Sequence record: SRR20825019_2768
DNA length: 62,301 nucleotides
Reading direction: 5' to 3' (one strand)
The notes below the pieces were generated by a model. The model was not told where the DNA came from. It saw only the letters and a list, made by a program, of their open reading frames with translations, and searched no databases. The position numbers and the translations under genes are program-made. Shown here in pieces: positions 1 through 9,994 of this stretch (the stretch's first letter is position 1; every line of letters begins with the position of its first letter).

Positions 1-157
1 CGCTAGCTTCATTGACGATCTGGGCGCTGATAGCCTGGATACCGTTGAACTGGTTATGGCGTTTGAAGAAGAATTCGGTATTGAGATCCCGGACGATGCA
101 GCTGAAAAAATTCAGACTGTTAAGGACGCGATCGATTTTATTAGCGCGAATTCCTAA
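1..157 (+). CDS. acpP: Acyl carrier protein, 5'-truncated by the window edge (not in the ORF track in this frame)
   Basis: Frame from nt 2 reads [51 protein letters not shown], containing the DSL phosphopantetheine site; lies upstream of fabF. Confidence 0.98.
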   Translation, partial: ASFIDDLGADSLDTVELVMAFEEEFGIEIPDDAAEKIQTVKDAIDFISANS

Positions 158-177
158 GCTGAATCTGTTATTCAGTG

Positions 178-218
178 GGGCAACAGCCGGGCCGCGGGGT
201 TAGGCTGTTGCCCTTTTT
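178..218 (+). terminator. Intrinsic terminator-like hairpin after acpP
   Basis: GGGCAACAGCC (178-188) pairs with GGCTGTTGCCC (203-213), followed by TTTTT. Confidence 0.75.
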
Positions 219-264
219 CATTTTCTGTCAGGTTGGGCTGATTGATTGAATTGAGGATGGACAG

Positions 265-1536
265 ATGAGACGAGTGGTAGTTACGGGATTAGGCATGGTT
301 TCGCCACTGGCTTCCAGTGTGGACGAAACATGGAAACGCCTGATTGAAGGTCAGTCTGGTGCTGGCCAGATTACACTTTTTGATGCAAGTGATTTCCCCT
401 GCAAAGTGGCATGTGAAGTGCCTTTGGGGGACGGATCTGGTGGCACATTTAATGCTGACGACTGGATGGCGCCAAAAGACCAGCGCCGTGTTGATAATTT
501 TATCCTGTTTGGCATGGCTGCAGCGATGCAAGCCGCGCGTGACGCGGGTTGGGAAAACCCAGGCGAAGAGGAATGCCTGCGTACTGGTGTGATGATTGGT
601 GCTGGTATTGGCGGACTGCGCTGGATTGCAGATTCGGCCGTGTTGCTGCATGAGCGCGGGCATCGGCGGATCAGTCCTCACTTTATTGCGGGCTCCATTA
701 TCAATCTGGTTTCAGGTAACGTGTCCATCAAGTACGGCTTTAAGGGCCCGAACCACGCGCCTGTCACCGCATGTTCAACTGGCGCGCACGCCATCGGCGA
801 TGCGGCACGGCTGATTATGCTTGATGATGCAGATGTAATGATCGCAGGCGGCGCGGAAGCTTCCATTTGCGGTATCGGCATGGCAGGTTTTAGTCAGGCC
901 AAAGCGCTTTCTACAAAATATAATGATGCTCCAGAGCAAGCTTCACGCCCATGGGACAAAGGCCATGACGGCTTTGTGATGGGTGAGGGTGCTGGTGTTG
1001 TTGTGCTTGAGGAACTTGAGCACGCCAAAAAACGCGGCGCCAAAATTTATGCCGAAGTAACTGGTTACGGTATGTCAGGTGACGGTTATCACGTCACTGC
1101 GCCGGTTCCGGATGGCAACGGTGGATACCGCTCCATGGAAGGTGCGGTAAAACGCGCGGGTATCAGCATTGATGAGATTGATTACATCAACGCACATGGT
1201 ACCTCGACACCAGTTGGTGACCCGATTGAGTTTGGTGCCGTGAAGCGCCTTCTTGGTGATCACGCAGCAAAAGTTGCGATGTCGTCTACAAAGTCGTCCA
1301 TCGGTCACCTTCTCGGTGCTGCGGGCGCTGTTGAGGCCATTTTCTGCATCAAAGCGATCCAGGAAAACATCGTGCCCCCAACCCTGAACCTGCATGACCG
1401 TGCAGAGGGTTGTGACGGTATCGACCTCGTACCTCTCGTGGCACAGGAACGCGACGTGAAGGTGGCACTTTCAAACTCGTTTGGGTTTGGTGGCACCAAC
1501 GCGTCACTCGTGATGCGTGAATACAACGGCAACTAA
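265..1536 (+). CDS. fabF: 3-oxoacyl-ACP synthase II
   Basis: MRRVVVTGLG start, TACSTG catalytic Cys, NAHGTST, GHLLGAAG, SNSFGFGG; follows acpP. Confidence 0.97.
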   Translation: MRRVVVTGLGMVSPLASSVDETWKRLIEGQSGAGQITLFDASDFPCKVACEVPLGDGSGGTFNADDWMAPKDQRRVDNFILFGMAAAMQAARDAGWENPGEEECLRTGVMIGAGIGGLRWIADSAVLLHERGHRRISPHFIAGSIINLVSGNVSIKYGFKGPNHAPVTACSTGAHAIGDAARLIMLDDADVMIAGGAEASICGIGMAGFSQAKALSTKYNDAPEQASRPWDKGHDGFVMGEGAGVVVLEELEHAKKRGAKIYAEVTGYGMSGDGYHVTAPVPDGNGGYRSMEGAVKRAGISIDEIDYINAHGTSTPVGDPIEFGAVKRLLGDHAAKVAMSSTKSSIGHLLGAAGAVEAIFCIKAIQENIVPPTLNLHDRAEGCDGIDLVPLVAQERDVKVALSNSFGFGGTNASLVMREYNGN

Positions 1537-1600
1537 TAAATACATCTGCAGATAACAAGACCGGCTTTGGAACTTGAAACTTGCCTGATAGGCTAACCTC

Positions 1601-2587
1601 ATGATCCGGAGCCGGTTTTTTATTATCTGCCTGTTTGCTATATGCATGCTCACCATATGGGTGAGTGTGGCGTCTGGTGTGGCGCGGGTTATTCTCGCGC
1701 GACCAGCGCAGACAGCTGAGACAGCATACTATTATATTGCGCCCGGTAGTGGCTTGCTGCGCGCAAGCTATGTTGCTGAAAAGCAAGGGATTGTCGCCTC
1801 CGCGTGGCATTTCAGGGTTGCTGCACAGATTCTTGGTATGGAGCGCAGCCTGCAAGCGGGTGAATACGAACTTGTACCGGGCATGTCATTACGCGCCACA
1901 TTCACCAAGATTGAGCGCGGGGAGCGCTTCCTGCGCCGTCTAGCGGTGCCGGAGGGCCGCAGTGTGGCGGAAGTTGAGGCGATCCTCGAGGGTAGTTTTG
2001 GGCTTGATATGTCCGACTATTCACGACCGGCGGAAGGCAGCCTGCTACCGGATACCTATTTCTATGAGCGTGGTGATAGCGCAAAAAAACTTATCGGGCG
2101 TATGCAGGTTGCGTTATGGGCCGAGGTTGACCGGCTTTGGGCTTCCCGTCAGGCTTCACTGCCGCTGCAAAGCCCCGAAGAAGCCCTTATTCTTGCGTCT
2201 ATTGTTGAGAAGGAAACCGCCGTAGCGTCAGAGCGCCCACTTGTCGCAGCGGTTTTTATAAACCGGCTTAAGCGCGGTATGCGCCTACAGTCTGATCCCA
2301 CGGTGATATACGGCATAACCAGCGGGGAAACCCTCGACAGACCTATCATGCGCTCTGACCTAAATAAGACAACCCCTTACAATACTTACCGGATTGGCGG
2401 GCTACCACCAACACCTATAGCCAACCCCGGCAGAGCCTCAATCGCAGCCGTGTTAAACCCGGCGGATGTTTCCTACCTTTATTTTGTCGCAGACGGCAGC
2501 GGCGGCCACGCGTTCGCGGATACGCTCAATGAACATAACCGAAATGTGGCCCGTTGGCGTCAGATTGAGGCGAAGTCGCGGCGATAA
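1601..2587 (+). CDS. mltG: Endolytic transglycosylase MltG (start uncertain)
   Basis: N-terminal TM segment, LASIVEKET, LQSDPTVIYG, PYNTY..GLPPTPIANPG, YLYFVADGSGGH. Confidence 0.95.
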   Translation: MIRSRFFIICLFAICMLTIWVSVASGVARVILARPAQTAETAYYYIAPGSGLLRASYVAEKQGIVASAWHFRVAAQILGMERSLQAGEYELVPGMSLRATFTKIERGERFLRRLAVPEGRSVAEVEAILEGSFGLDMSDYSRPAEGSLLPDTYFYERGDSAKKLIGRMQVALWAEVDRLWASRQASLPLQSPEEALILASIVEKETAVASERPLVAAVFINRLKRGMRLQSDPTVIYGITSGETLDRPIMRSDLNKTTPYNTYRIGGLPPTPIANPGRASIAAVLNPADVSYLYFVADGSGGHAFADTLNEHNRNVARWRQIEAKSRR

Positions 2588-2670
2588 CTGTTGCGGGATA
2601 GCTTTTTGGGGTGCCGTTTGCAGACGAGGCTCTCTATAGTGCGGCAATGTTTTATTGAGGAAGGAATATT

Positions 2671-3558
2671 ATGCCGCTTAGCAGTATGACCGGTTTTGCC
2701 CGCAGCGCAGGGGAAGGCGCTGGCTTTCGTTGGAACTGGGAAATCAAGAGCGTCAACAACAAGGGCCTAGAGGTGCGGTGCAAGATGCCGACCTTTCTTG
2801 ATGGCTTTGACCTGCAGATTAAGCGCATCGCTGGGGCCGCGGTCTCACGAGGCTCGGTTTTTATTAACCTCAATGTGACCCGAGACGGCGATGAAGCCGT
2901 GTTCGAGATCAACGAAGAGCGACTGAAAGCTCTTATTGACGTAGCGGCTCAATACGGTGGGCATGGCGGAGTTGCCCAAGCAAGTATTGACGGCCTGTTG
3001 GCGATTAAGGGTGTTGCTGACCTGAGCGTCAGGGAAACCAGCGAAGATGAACGTGAGCAGCTTGAAGGTTTGCTCACGAGGGATCTGGCTGGCCTGCTGG
3101 CAGACCTCAAACGCGCGCGCAACGATGAAGGTGTGCGTATGGGAGAGGTGTTGACCACACAGCTCAAGGACATTCAAGCTTTGTCGGAACAGGCCCGTAG
3201 CGTGGCAGGTGACAGGGTTGAAGCGATGCAAAACCGCTTTTTGGCGCAACTGGCTAAGCTGCAAAACACAGACAAACCAGTGTCAGAAGAGCGTCTGGCG
3301 CAGGAAATTGCTATGATGGCCGTGAAGACAGACGTGCAGGAAGAGCTTGACCGGCTTGACAGCCATGTTGTCGAAGCAAAGAAACTGTTGGATAGTGACA
3401 AGCCTGTCGGACGGCGGCTGGATTTCCTTTGTCAGGAATTTAACAGGGAGGCGAACACTTTGTGTTCAAAATCTGGGGATTCTGCATTGACGAAAATCGG
3501 TCTAGACCTTAAGGCACTGATCGATCAGTTCCGTGAACAAATTCAAAACATTGAATAA
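2671..3558 (+). CDS. yicC: YicC/YloC family endoribonuclease
   Basis: SMTGFAR, EIKSVN, EELDRLDSH, GRRLDFLCQEFNREANTLCSK, FREQIQNIE. Confidence 0.95.
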   Translation: MPLSSMTGFARSAGEGAGFRWNWEIKSVNNKGLEVRCKMPTFLDGFDLQIKRIAGAAVSRGSVFINLNVTRDGDEAVFEINEERLKALIDVAAQYGGHGGVAQASIDGLLAIKGVADLSVRETSEDEREQLEGLLTRDLAGLLADLKRARNDEGVRMGEVLTTQLKDIQALSEQARSVAGDRVEAMQNRFLAQLAKLQNTDKPVSEERLAQEIAMMAVKTDVQEELDRLDSHVVEAKKLLDSDKPVGRRLDFLCQEFNREANTLCSKSGDSALTKIGLDLKALIDQFREQIQNIE

Positions 3559-3578
3559 TCTGCAAGCAGGCTAGATAT

Positions 3579-4238
3579 ATGACCGCAAAATCCGTTTATT
3601 CCCGCCGTGGGCTTATGCTCGTGATCTCCTCGCCATCTGGGGCAGGGAAAACGACGCTAACGCGGCGCCTGCTGGAAGAAGATACCGAGATAGTGATGTC
3701 GGTATCTGCGACAACGCGGGAACCTCGTCCAGGCGAAGAGCATGGGAAAGATTATTTCTTTGTGTCGCATGATCGCTTCAAGGAAATGATCGAGGGTGAC
3801 GAGTTGCTGGAACATGCAGTGGTGTTTGAAAACAGATATGGGACACCACGCGGGCCTGTCATGGATGCGCTTGGACGTGGTCAGGATGTTATTTTCGATA
3901 TCGACTGGCAAGGCGCACAGCAACTGGATTCGAGCACGCGCGCAATCGATTTGGTTCGCATCTTCATTCTGCCACCATCCGTTCGCGCGCTTGAAGAACG
4001 CTTGAAAAAGCGTGGGCAGGATACGGAAGAGACGATCAGAAAGCGCATGGCCAAGGCTGAAGCTGAGATCAGTCACTGGGCGGAATACGACTATGTCCTG
4101 ATTAATGATGATTTAGATGCCACATTCGAATCGCTCAAAAACATCATTCGGGCCGAGCGCTTGCACAGAGAACGCCGTCCGGGCCTATCCGAGTTTGTGC
4201 GCAACCTTCAAGCTGAGCGCCAACTTCCAGCAAAGTAA
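3579..4238 (+). CDS. gmk: Guanylate kinase
   Basis: SSPSGAGKTT P-loop, SATTREPRPGE, YGTP, DIDWQGA. Confidence 0.97.
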   Translation: MTAKSVYSRRGLMLVISSPSGAGKTTLTRRLLEEDTEIVMSVSATTREPRPGEEHGKDYFFVSHDRFKEMIEGDELLEHAVVFENRYGTPRGPVMDALGRGQDVIFDIDWQGAQQLDSSTRAIDLVRIFILPPSVRALEERLKKRGQDTEETIRKRMAKAEAEISHWAEYDYVLINDDLDATFESLKNIIRAERLHRERRPGLSEFVRNLQAERQLPAK

Positions 4239-4250
4239 GCATTTAAGGTG

Positions 4251-5105
4251 TTATGCCTGCATCTCGCGATAGATGCGGGCAAGCCGGACAAAATCCTCCA
4301 CGCTGATATCTTCCGCGCGGCTGGTTTCAACAATATTGGCGCGGTCAAGCAACTCTGTCGCATTGACGGGCAAGCTCTTGAGGCTGGCGCGTAGCATTTT
4401 ACGGCGTTGTCCAAAAGCGCGTTCAACAACAAGCTCCAGGTCTTTCAAGCGCACGGTAGGGTCAATCGGGTCAATCGGCTCAAAATGAATGACTGCACTA
4501 GCGACTTTCGGTGCAGGGGTAAAGGCAGCGGCCGGAACGTTTACCGCGATACGCACTTTACCGCGCCACTGCGCCAGCACCGAAAGGCGGCCATACGCCT
4601 TTGAGCCGGGCTTGGCGACAATCCGCTCGGCTACCTCTCTCTGGAACATCAAGGTGAGGGAAGCAAACCAAGGCTTCCATCTATCAAGTGTGAGCCACTT
4701 GATGAGCAACATGGTTCCCACGTTGTAAGGGAGGTTGGACGCGATACGTAGCGTCTCGCCTTCTTTTTGCTGAAGAATTTCAGGCTCATCAACGTCAAGA
4801 GCGTCACCCTGATGAACCGTAAGGCGGTCATTGTAGGCCTTGGATATCTGTTCAAGTGCCGGCAGGCAGCGGCTATCCATCTCGACTGCAACAACCCTTT
4901 TAGCGCCTTCATCAAGAAGGCCGCGCGTAAGACCGCCAGGGCCGGGTCCAACTTCATAGACCACGCTATTACTAAGGTCTCCGGCAACACGGGCAATTTT
5001 ACGTGTCAGGTTTAAATCTAGCAGGAAGTTCTGACCGAACGACTTCTTAGCACGCAGATCAAATTCGCGTATTACCTCACGAAGAGGTGGCAGTTCCGTT
5101 GCCAT
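4251..5105 (-). CDS. rsmA: 16S rRNA m6,2A1518/1519 dimethyltransferase
   Basis: [43 protein letters not shown]. Confidence 0.97.
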   Translation of the reverse strand: MATELPPLREVIREFDLRAKKSFGQNFLLDLNLTRKIARVAGDLSNSVVYEVGPGPGGLTRGLLDEGAKRVVAVEMDSRCLPALEQISKAYNDRLTVHQGDALDVDEPEILQQKEGETLRIASNLPYNVGTMLLIKWLTLDRWKPWFASLTLMFQREVAERIVAKPGSKAYGRLSVLAQWRGKVRIAVNVPAAAFTPAPKVASAVIHFEPIDPIDPTVRLKDLELVVERAFGQRRKMLRASLKSLPVNATELLDRANIVETSRAEDISVEDFVRLARIYREMQA

Positions 5106-6136
5106 TATACGGTGCCTTCCTGTGCTGCCGATGCCTTTGCCATACGCGCTGCCATCCTTATCGCCGCCAGCATGCTGTCAGTTCTAGCTTTCCCTTGCCC
5201 CGCAAGGCCTAAGGCTGTTCCATGGTCAGGTGACGTGCGAATGAACGGTAAACCGAGTGTGGCGTTGACGCCGCCCCAAAAATCAAGCGTCTTGATCGGT
5301 ATCAGAGCTTGATCATGGTACATACAGAGCACAACGTCATAGTCCTTGCGCGCTTCTGCATGGAAAAGAGTGTCGGCGGGCAGTGGGTCGCTAACATCTA
5401 TGCCTTCATCACGAAGGGCCCAAACGGCGGGCATGATATGGGTAGCTTCTTCAAGCCCGATGGTGCCGGATTCGCCAGCGTGCGGATTTAGGCCGGCAAC
5501 GGCGATCCTTGGTCGTTCGATCCCAAAACGATGCCTCAGGTCATGGTCGGCAACTATGCCAGCATGAATTATCCTGTCTGCCGTAAGCGTGCGTGCCACG
5601 TCCTTGAGGGGTACGTGAATGGTGACGGGAATGACACGGAGTTCATCTGTAGCAAGCATCATGACAGAGGTGTCATCAGATAAGCCGCATTTGCGTGCGA
5701 GGTATTCGGTGTGCCCAGGTGCAGTGAAACCAGTTTTATAGAGCGCTGCTTTATGTATGGGGGCCGTTACAATCCCACTGATGGTACCGTTTAAAGCTAG
5801 CTCACAGGCTTTATCAAGCGCTGCAATTACGGCTCTGCCATTTTCCTGGCTGGGCGTGCCTAACCGGAGTGGTTCAGCAAGCGGGATATCTAGAACACCA
5901 AGAGTATCCGTGGGCAAATTTTCGAGCGAGGAGGGACTGACGACATGCGTGACCGGCAGATCAGGGTCAACTACATGGAGAGCCGCTGCCGCGCCAATAT
6001 AAATAAATGGGGCAAGTCCTAGGTTTTCCCTTTCACGCCATAGGCGCGCTATGAGCTCCGGCCCCACGCCAGATGGCTCGCCCATGGTAATACCAAGAGG
6101 TGCAATTGCATTTGGTTCTGAAAGTGCCCGTGTCAT
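5105..6136 (-). CDS. pdxA: 4-hydroxythreonine-4-phosphate dehydrogenase
   Basis: [39 protein letters not shown]. Confidence 0.96.
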   Translation of the reverse strand: MTRALSEPNAIAPLGITMGEPSGVGPELIARLWRERENLGLAPFIYIGAAAALHVVDPDLPVTHVVSPSSLENLPTDTLGVLDIPLAEPLRLGTPSQENGRAVIAALDKACELALNGTISGIVTAPIHKAALYKTGFTAPGHTEYLARKCGLSDDTSVMMLATDELRVIPVTIHVPLKDVARTLTADRIIHAGIVADHDLRHRFGIERPRIAVAGLNPHAGESGTIGLEEATHIMPAVWALRDEGIDVSDPLPADTLFHAEARKDYDVVLCMYHDQALIPIKTLDFWGGVNATLGLPFIRTSPDHGTALGLAGQGKARTDSMLAAIRMAARMAKASAAQEGTV

Positions 6137-6151
6137 GGGCCTCCGATACGC

Positions 6152-7438
6152 TTAGCGGTAATCGACGATGGCGTCGCGGCGCAAGTCACGCAGGTAACGG
6201 CGGCCCATCATTGACAAGCGCTGTTGTTCCATCTGATTGTATACAGCATCAAAATTCGGCTCCTGAACGGTTGCTTCTTCGCGCTCGCACACAAACAGAA
6301 CACGCATACCGTCTTCCATTGTTAGCATATCGCTTGCCGCACCTATTTCTGCGTTTTCGACCGCTTGACGGATTTGAGGTTGCAGGTCACGGTAACGTAG
6401 AATGCCAACCTCCGGGCGGCCATCAGCGCCCGCTTCTTCCACATATTGTGGAACTTGTGCACAAGAGGTCTCTTGGTTTGACAATGATTCTGCGACCGAG
6501 CGGAATTTCTCGACGGCTTCAGGGTCTGCAACCTTCTCAGGTGTTAAGTGTACTTGGCGTAGTGAGATTTGTGTATCCAGTGGGTCAGCGGTTAAAATAC
6601 GACGCCGGTCCCGCTGAGCGAGAATGACATAGCCACCTGCGGTACGCAGCGGATCAGCAACGTCACCAACCGCGACATCTTCAATTGCCTTCGCATAATC
6701 AGGGTCAAGGTCTTCTGCGGTAATCCAGCCGAGGTCGCCACCAACAGCGGCTGTGGATGACGCTGAAAGTTGTTGTGCGATGTCCGGGAACGACGCGCCG
6801 GCACGAATGCGGGCTACCAAGTCGTCAGCATTTGCCTTTACGCTTGCTTCCTGCTCAGGGCTGTCAACAAGCAACACGATCTCGGCAAGGCGATGCTCAA
6901 ACTTACCTTTGTTGTCGTAAATGCGTTGAATGTAGGCTTCAACTTCCTCGTCCGATACACTCACAAAGGAGCCGAGCCTACCTTGGACCAGTTGAGACCA
7001 GGCTATTTCTGCTTCCATCTGGTCCACCATGGTTTGTTTGCTTGATCCAATACCCGCGAGGGCGTTGGCAAATTGTTCAGGTGTTTGCCCAAGGCCCTGA
7101 GCGCGGCGTGCGAAAAACTCTTCGAGCTGGGCATCTTGAATCTCCAGTTCGACGGTTGCGGCTTCTTGAAGCTGCAGTTTCTCGTCGACCATGGAGCGGA
7201 TGACCTGTTCACGGACTTTAAGGAATTCCTGTTCGGTTTCTACACCACCAGCAACCGCGATCACGAGCCGCAGGCGTTGGTTGATATCAAAGCTTGAGAG
7301 CGGTTCGTCGTTGACCAGAACTTCGATGCTGTTAATCGCCTGTTGGCTCTGTGCCGCACCAGCCAACATCGCAGCAATGCCGATGCCCATAAGGCTGTGT
7401 TTTGCAATTTCTTTTGTCTTTTCGATCACTCTCGCCAT
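6152..7438 (-). CDS. surA: SurA-like periplasmic chaperone / parvulin PPIase (start uncertain)
   Basis: Signal peptide, VLVNDEPLS, parvulin GGDLGW, C-terminal RRYLRDLRRDAIVDYR; lies between lptD and pdxA. Confidence 0.9.
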   Translation of the reverse strand: MARVIEKTKEIAKHSLMGIGIAAMLAGAAQSQQAINSIEVLVNDEPLSSFDINQRLRLVIAVAGGVETEQEFLKVREQVIRSMVDEKLQLQEAATVELEIQDAQLEEFFARRAQGLGQTPEQFANALAGIGSSKQTMVDQMEAEIAWSQLVQGRLGSFVSVSDEEVEAYIQRIYDNKGKFEHRLAEIVLLVDSPEQEASVKANADDLVARIRAGASFPDIAQQLSASSTAAVGGDLGWITAEDLDPDYAKAIEDVAVGDVADPLRTAGGYVILAQRDRRRILTADPLDTQISLRQVHLTPEKVADPEAVEKFRSVAESLSNQETSCAQVPQYVEEAGADGRPEVGILRYRDLQPQIRQAVENAEIGAASDMLTMEDGMRVLFVCEREEATVQEPNFDAVYNQMEQQRLSMMGRRYLRDLRRDAIVDYR

Positions 7439-7523
7439 GCCCAAACTTTACATTTCAAATAATTTCAAACGGGTCGTTGCCGCTCAGTATGGTTAGCCTT
7501 TTAGACGCTTTCGAGGCAATGCA

Positions 7524-9764
7524 CTAGCCCAAATTCTTTAATTTAAGCCGGAACATAATGGAAGTTCCGGGTTCGACGTCGCGGTCCCGGGTGAAGGTCT
7601 CACGCCAGCGTAAGCCAAGCTCGATACATTCGTTGGTGTAGGAGAGGCCGATATCGTATTTCACGCCGCCGCTTTCTTCCTGCACATATACTGTGGACCC
7701 GGTGGCCGTATCAAGAGTTGCAAGCCGCGCACCGGAAAGTCGGTGAATGAAGCCGCCATCAATACGCCAGTTCTCGTTGAGGTTATAGTACGCCCCGGCG
7801 CGGAGCTCCTCCCTATCTTCGCGGGTAACGATTGTCATGTCGCGGTCGAGCTTCAGATAGCCCGCATACATGCCAACAGTAGCGCCGTTTGCACTTACTG
7901 ATATTTCGTTTCGCTGCACCGCGAATGTCTGCTCATCGACCCTGTAGCGATGTTCAAAGTTTAGCCAGTCTTTGTAGCGTATGCGGGTTCGGCCGACGAT
8001 ATTTGACAGGTCGCCTTCGAGACCGGCACCGTCGGCAAAGACCATTGCGGTACCGCTAATGCGCCATGACTGTCCCAGCATAACATCAGCACCCCAGTCC
8101 TTACCGTCATACCGCCACTGCATACCGTATGTGACACGGCTTCCTTCTTCCCATAGGTCATAACCTGACGCTCGGTCGGCGGAAAACAGGTTAAGGTCGT
8201 TGAGTTCAAACGCGCGGCTGTCTTCGTTGACGATATTGTCGGGTGTTCCCCTCCGCGGAGAAACAGTGACCTCGACGATAGGCTCGACTGTGTGTGTTCC
8301 ACTGTCGGTGAACTTCACCAAAGGCCATGTAACAGTTCCAGTAGCGCGCACAAGGTTTCGCCATTCACTGCCACTGTCACCCCCAAAGGTACCCGCGAAA
8401 GAGGGGTCGTCGGGCCTATCGATATCGCTCAGCTTATAAGCCTCAGAGCGGGCATAAGCTTCAACATCAACAACAAAGCCTTTTGGTGTAATCCAGCGTC
8501 GCTGCCAACTGGCGGACAGTGAAACGCGTTGAGTGTCCAGGCCATCGCTCCTTTGAAGAGCGAGCGCGTTCCCTTTAACACTTATGGTGCCGCCGAAGGG
8601 CGAGAATGAAGGAATATACTCTGCGTCCAGCAAGGGTAGGGCGTGGCCGGTAAGGCCCGCTTCATCCTCAACTCTCAGCCCCTGAAAACCAACAGTGCGG
8701 ACCGAGAGATAAGAACGGTCATAAAAGCCCTCGAGCTTATATTCGCTTACCAGTGTATCAGCGTCCGATAGGTCGTAGCGCCTCAAGTATGTATCGTCAG
8801 ATGCCCAATTGAGCTGATAGGTGGACCGCCAACGCTTTGAATGGTTGAACAGGCCATCAGAGCTTATATGGCCGCGGAACTCCTTGTTGCCGGTTAAAAC
8901 ACCATTATCGTCGCGGCCGTCGGTATAGGTAATACTGCCATCCGCTTCATACTGACCAAAGCCGAGGTGTTGGCGGTATTCTCCTGCAAGGACCAAACCT
9001 TCTTTTGTAGTGAAGATGGGCTTGATCGTGGCGTCAATACTATCGTTGAACACGTGATAGTATGGAATGGCGGCTACGAAACCCAGGTTCTTACTTGTTT
9101 GAATGTCGAGAGGTAAAAGCCCGCTTGCTCGGTCAACTGTTGGGTCGGGGTGCGAGAAATAAGGGGTCCACAATACTGGTACGCCAAATACCTCAAGCGT
9201 GGCATCATCATAGTATAGGCGACGTTTCTCACGGTCGTGGGTGACCTTGACGGCCTTGATCTGCCAGAGCGGGTCTTTGCCGCTATCATCAGCGCAAACC
9301 TTGCAAGGACTGTAAACCGCCTTGTTTAGTGTCATGGTGCCGGCTTCACCATTGCGGTTCGCCTCAGCGGCGGCAACCTGTGCGCCGTCTTGCATCAGCA
9401 GGCGAATATCCTCAATAAAGGCGGTTTTGAGCGCATCTTCAAGCACGACTTTGGGTGCAAAGATGCGTTCGCCTGTGGGCGTGGTTAGTTCAACGGCACC
9501 ATAGGCTTCCGCGCGGCCCGTGCGCTCATTATAAATAACTTCGCCGGCCTCAAGGATGTAGCCGTCGCGCTCAAGATATACCCGGCCGACGGCGCGAACC
9601 TCACCGGTTTCAGCGTTATAGATCAGGTTGTCAGCTGACAGCTCGACACGTTCAGCTTCAGCCGGTGTGCCTTGGCTGTAAACGGGCGTTGTCGCTAAGC
9701 CAGACGAGGCAAGCAATCCTGCTATAATAAGCGATCTATGGGACGAGACTGATTTTTTGTGCAC
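7524..9764 (-). CDS. lptD: LPS assembly outer-membrane protein LptD
   Basis: Signal peptide, YSPCKVC, PYFSHPDPTVDRASG, beta-barrel C-terminus with YTNEC; heads surA-pdxA-rsmA. Confidence 0.93.
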   Translation of the reverse strand: MHKKSVSSHRSLIIAGLLASSGLATTPVYSQGTPAEAERVELSADNLIYNAETGEVRAVGRVYLERDGYILEAGEVIYNERTGRAEAYGAVELTTPTGERIFAPKVVLEDALKTAFIEDIRLLMQDGAQVAAAEANRNGEAGTMTLNKAVYSPCKVCADDSGKDPLWQIKAVKVTHDREKRRLYYDDATLEVFGVPVLWTPYFSHPDPTVDRASGLLPLDIQTSKNLGFVAAIPYYHVFNDSIDATIKPIFTTKEGLVLAGEYRQHLGFGQYEADGSITYTDGRDDNGVLTGNKEFRGHISSDGLFNHSKRWRSTYQLNWASDDTYLRRYDLSDADTLVSEYKLEGFYDRSYLSVRTVGFQGLRVEDEAGLTGHALPLLDAEYIPSFSPFGGTISVKGNALALQRSDGLDTQRVSLSASWQRRWITPKGFVVDVEAYARSEAYKLSDIDRPDDPSFAGTFGGDSGSEWRNLVRATGTVTWPLVKFTDSGTHTVEPIVEVTVSPRRGTPDNIVNEDSRAFELNDLNLFSADRASGYDLWEEGSRVTYGMQWRYDGKDWGADVMLGQSWRISGTAMVFADGAGLEGDLSNIVGRTRIRYKDWLNFEHRYRVDEQTFAVQRNEISVSANGATVGMYAGYLKLDRDMTIVTREDREELRAGAYYNLNENWRIDGGFIHRLSGARLATLDTATGSTVYVQEESGGVKYDIGLSYTNECIELGLRWRETFTRDRDVEPGTSIMFRLKLKNLG

Positions 9765-9994
9765 TGACGCGGTTCCACCCTACAGTTTGTGCCTTGATAG
9801 CGGCTGCGTCCACGCGGTGCAACGATGTTCATGGCCCAAGAGTACGCTTGTGAGCCTTGTTGACGAAAAATGTGGCAATTTCACGGGCACCACTTGCGTC
9901 TGACAGCCAGAAAAGGCATTAGATTGTTGAAGTTGGTTTCGGCGCCGAGACGGCGAATCTGAGACAGGTAAAATCAAAGACAAAAGGGAATCCC

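Noticed and set aside
12-203. 63-aa ORF in the track
   Set aside because: Wrong frame; the real gene is acpP in frame 2, ending at 157
1569-1596. GGAACTT-N16-GCTAA, a sigmaE-like promoter before mltG
   Set aside because: One mismatch, only 4 nt from an uncertain start codon; cannot be distinguished from chance
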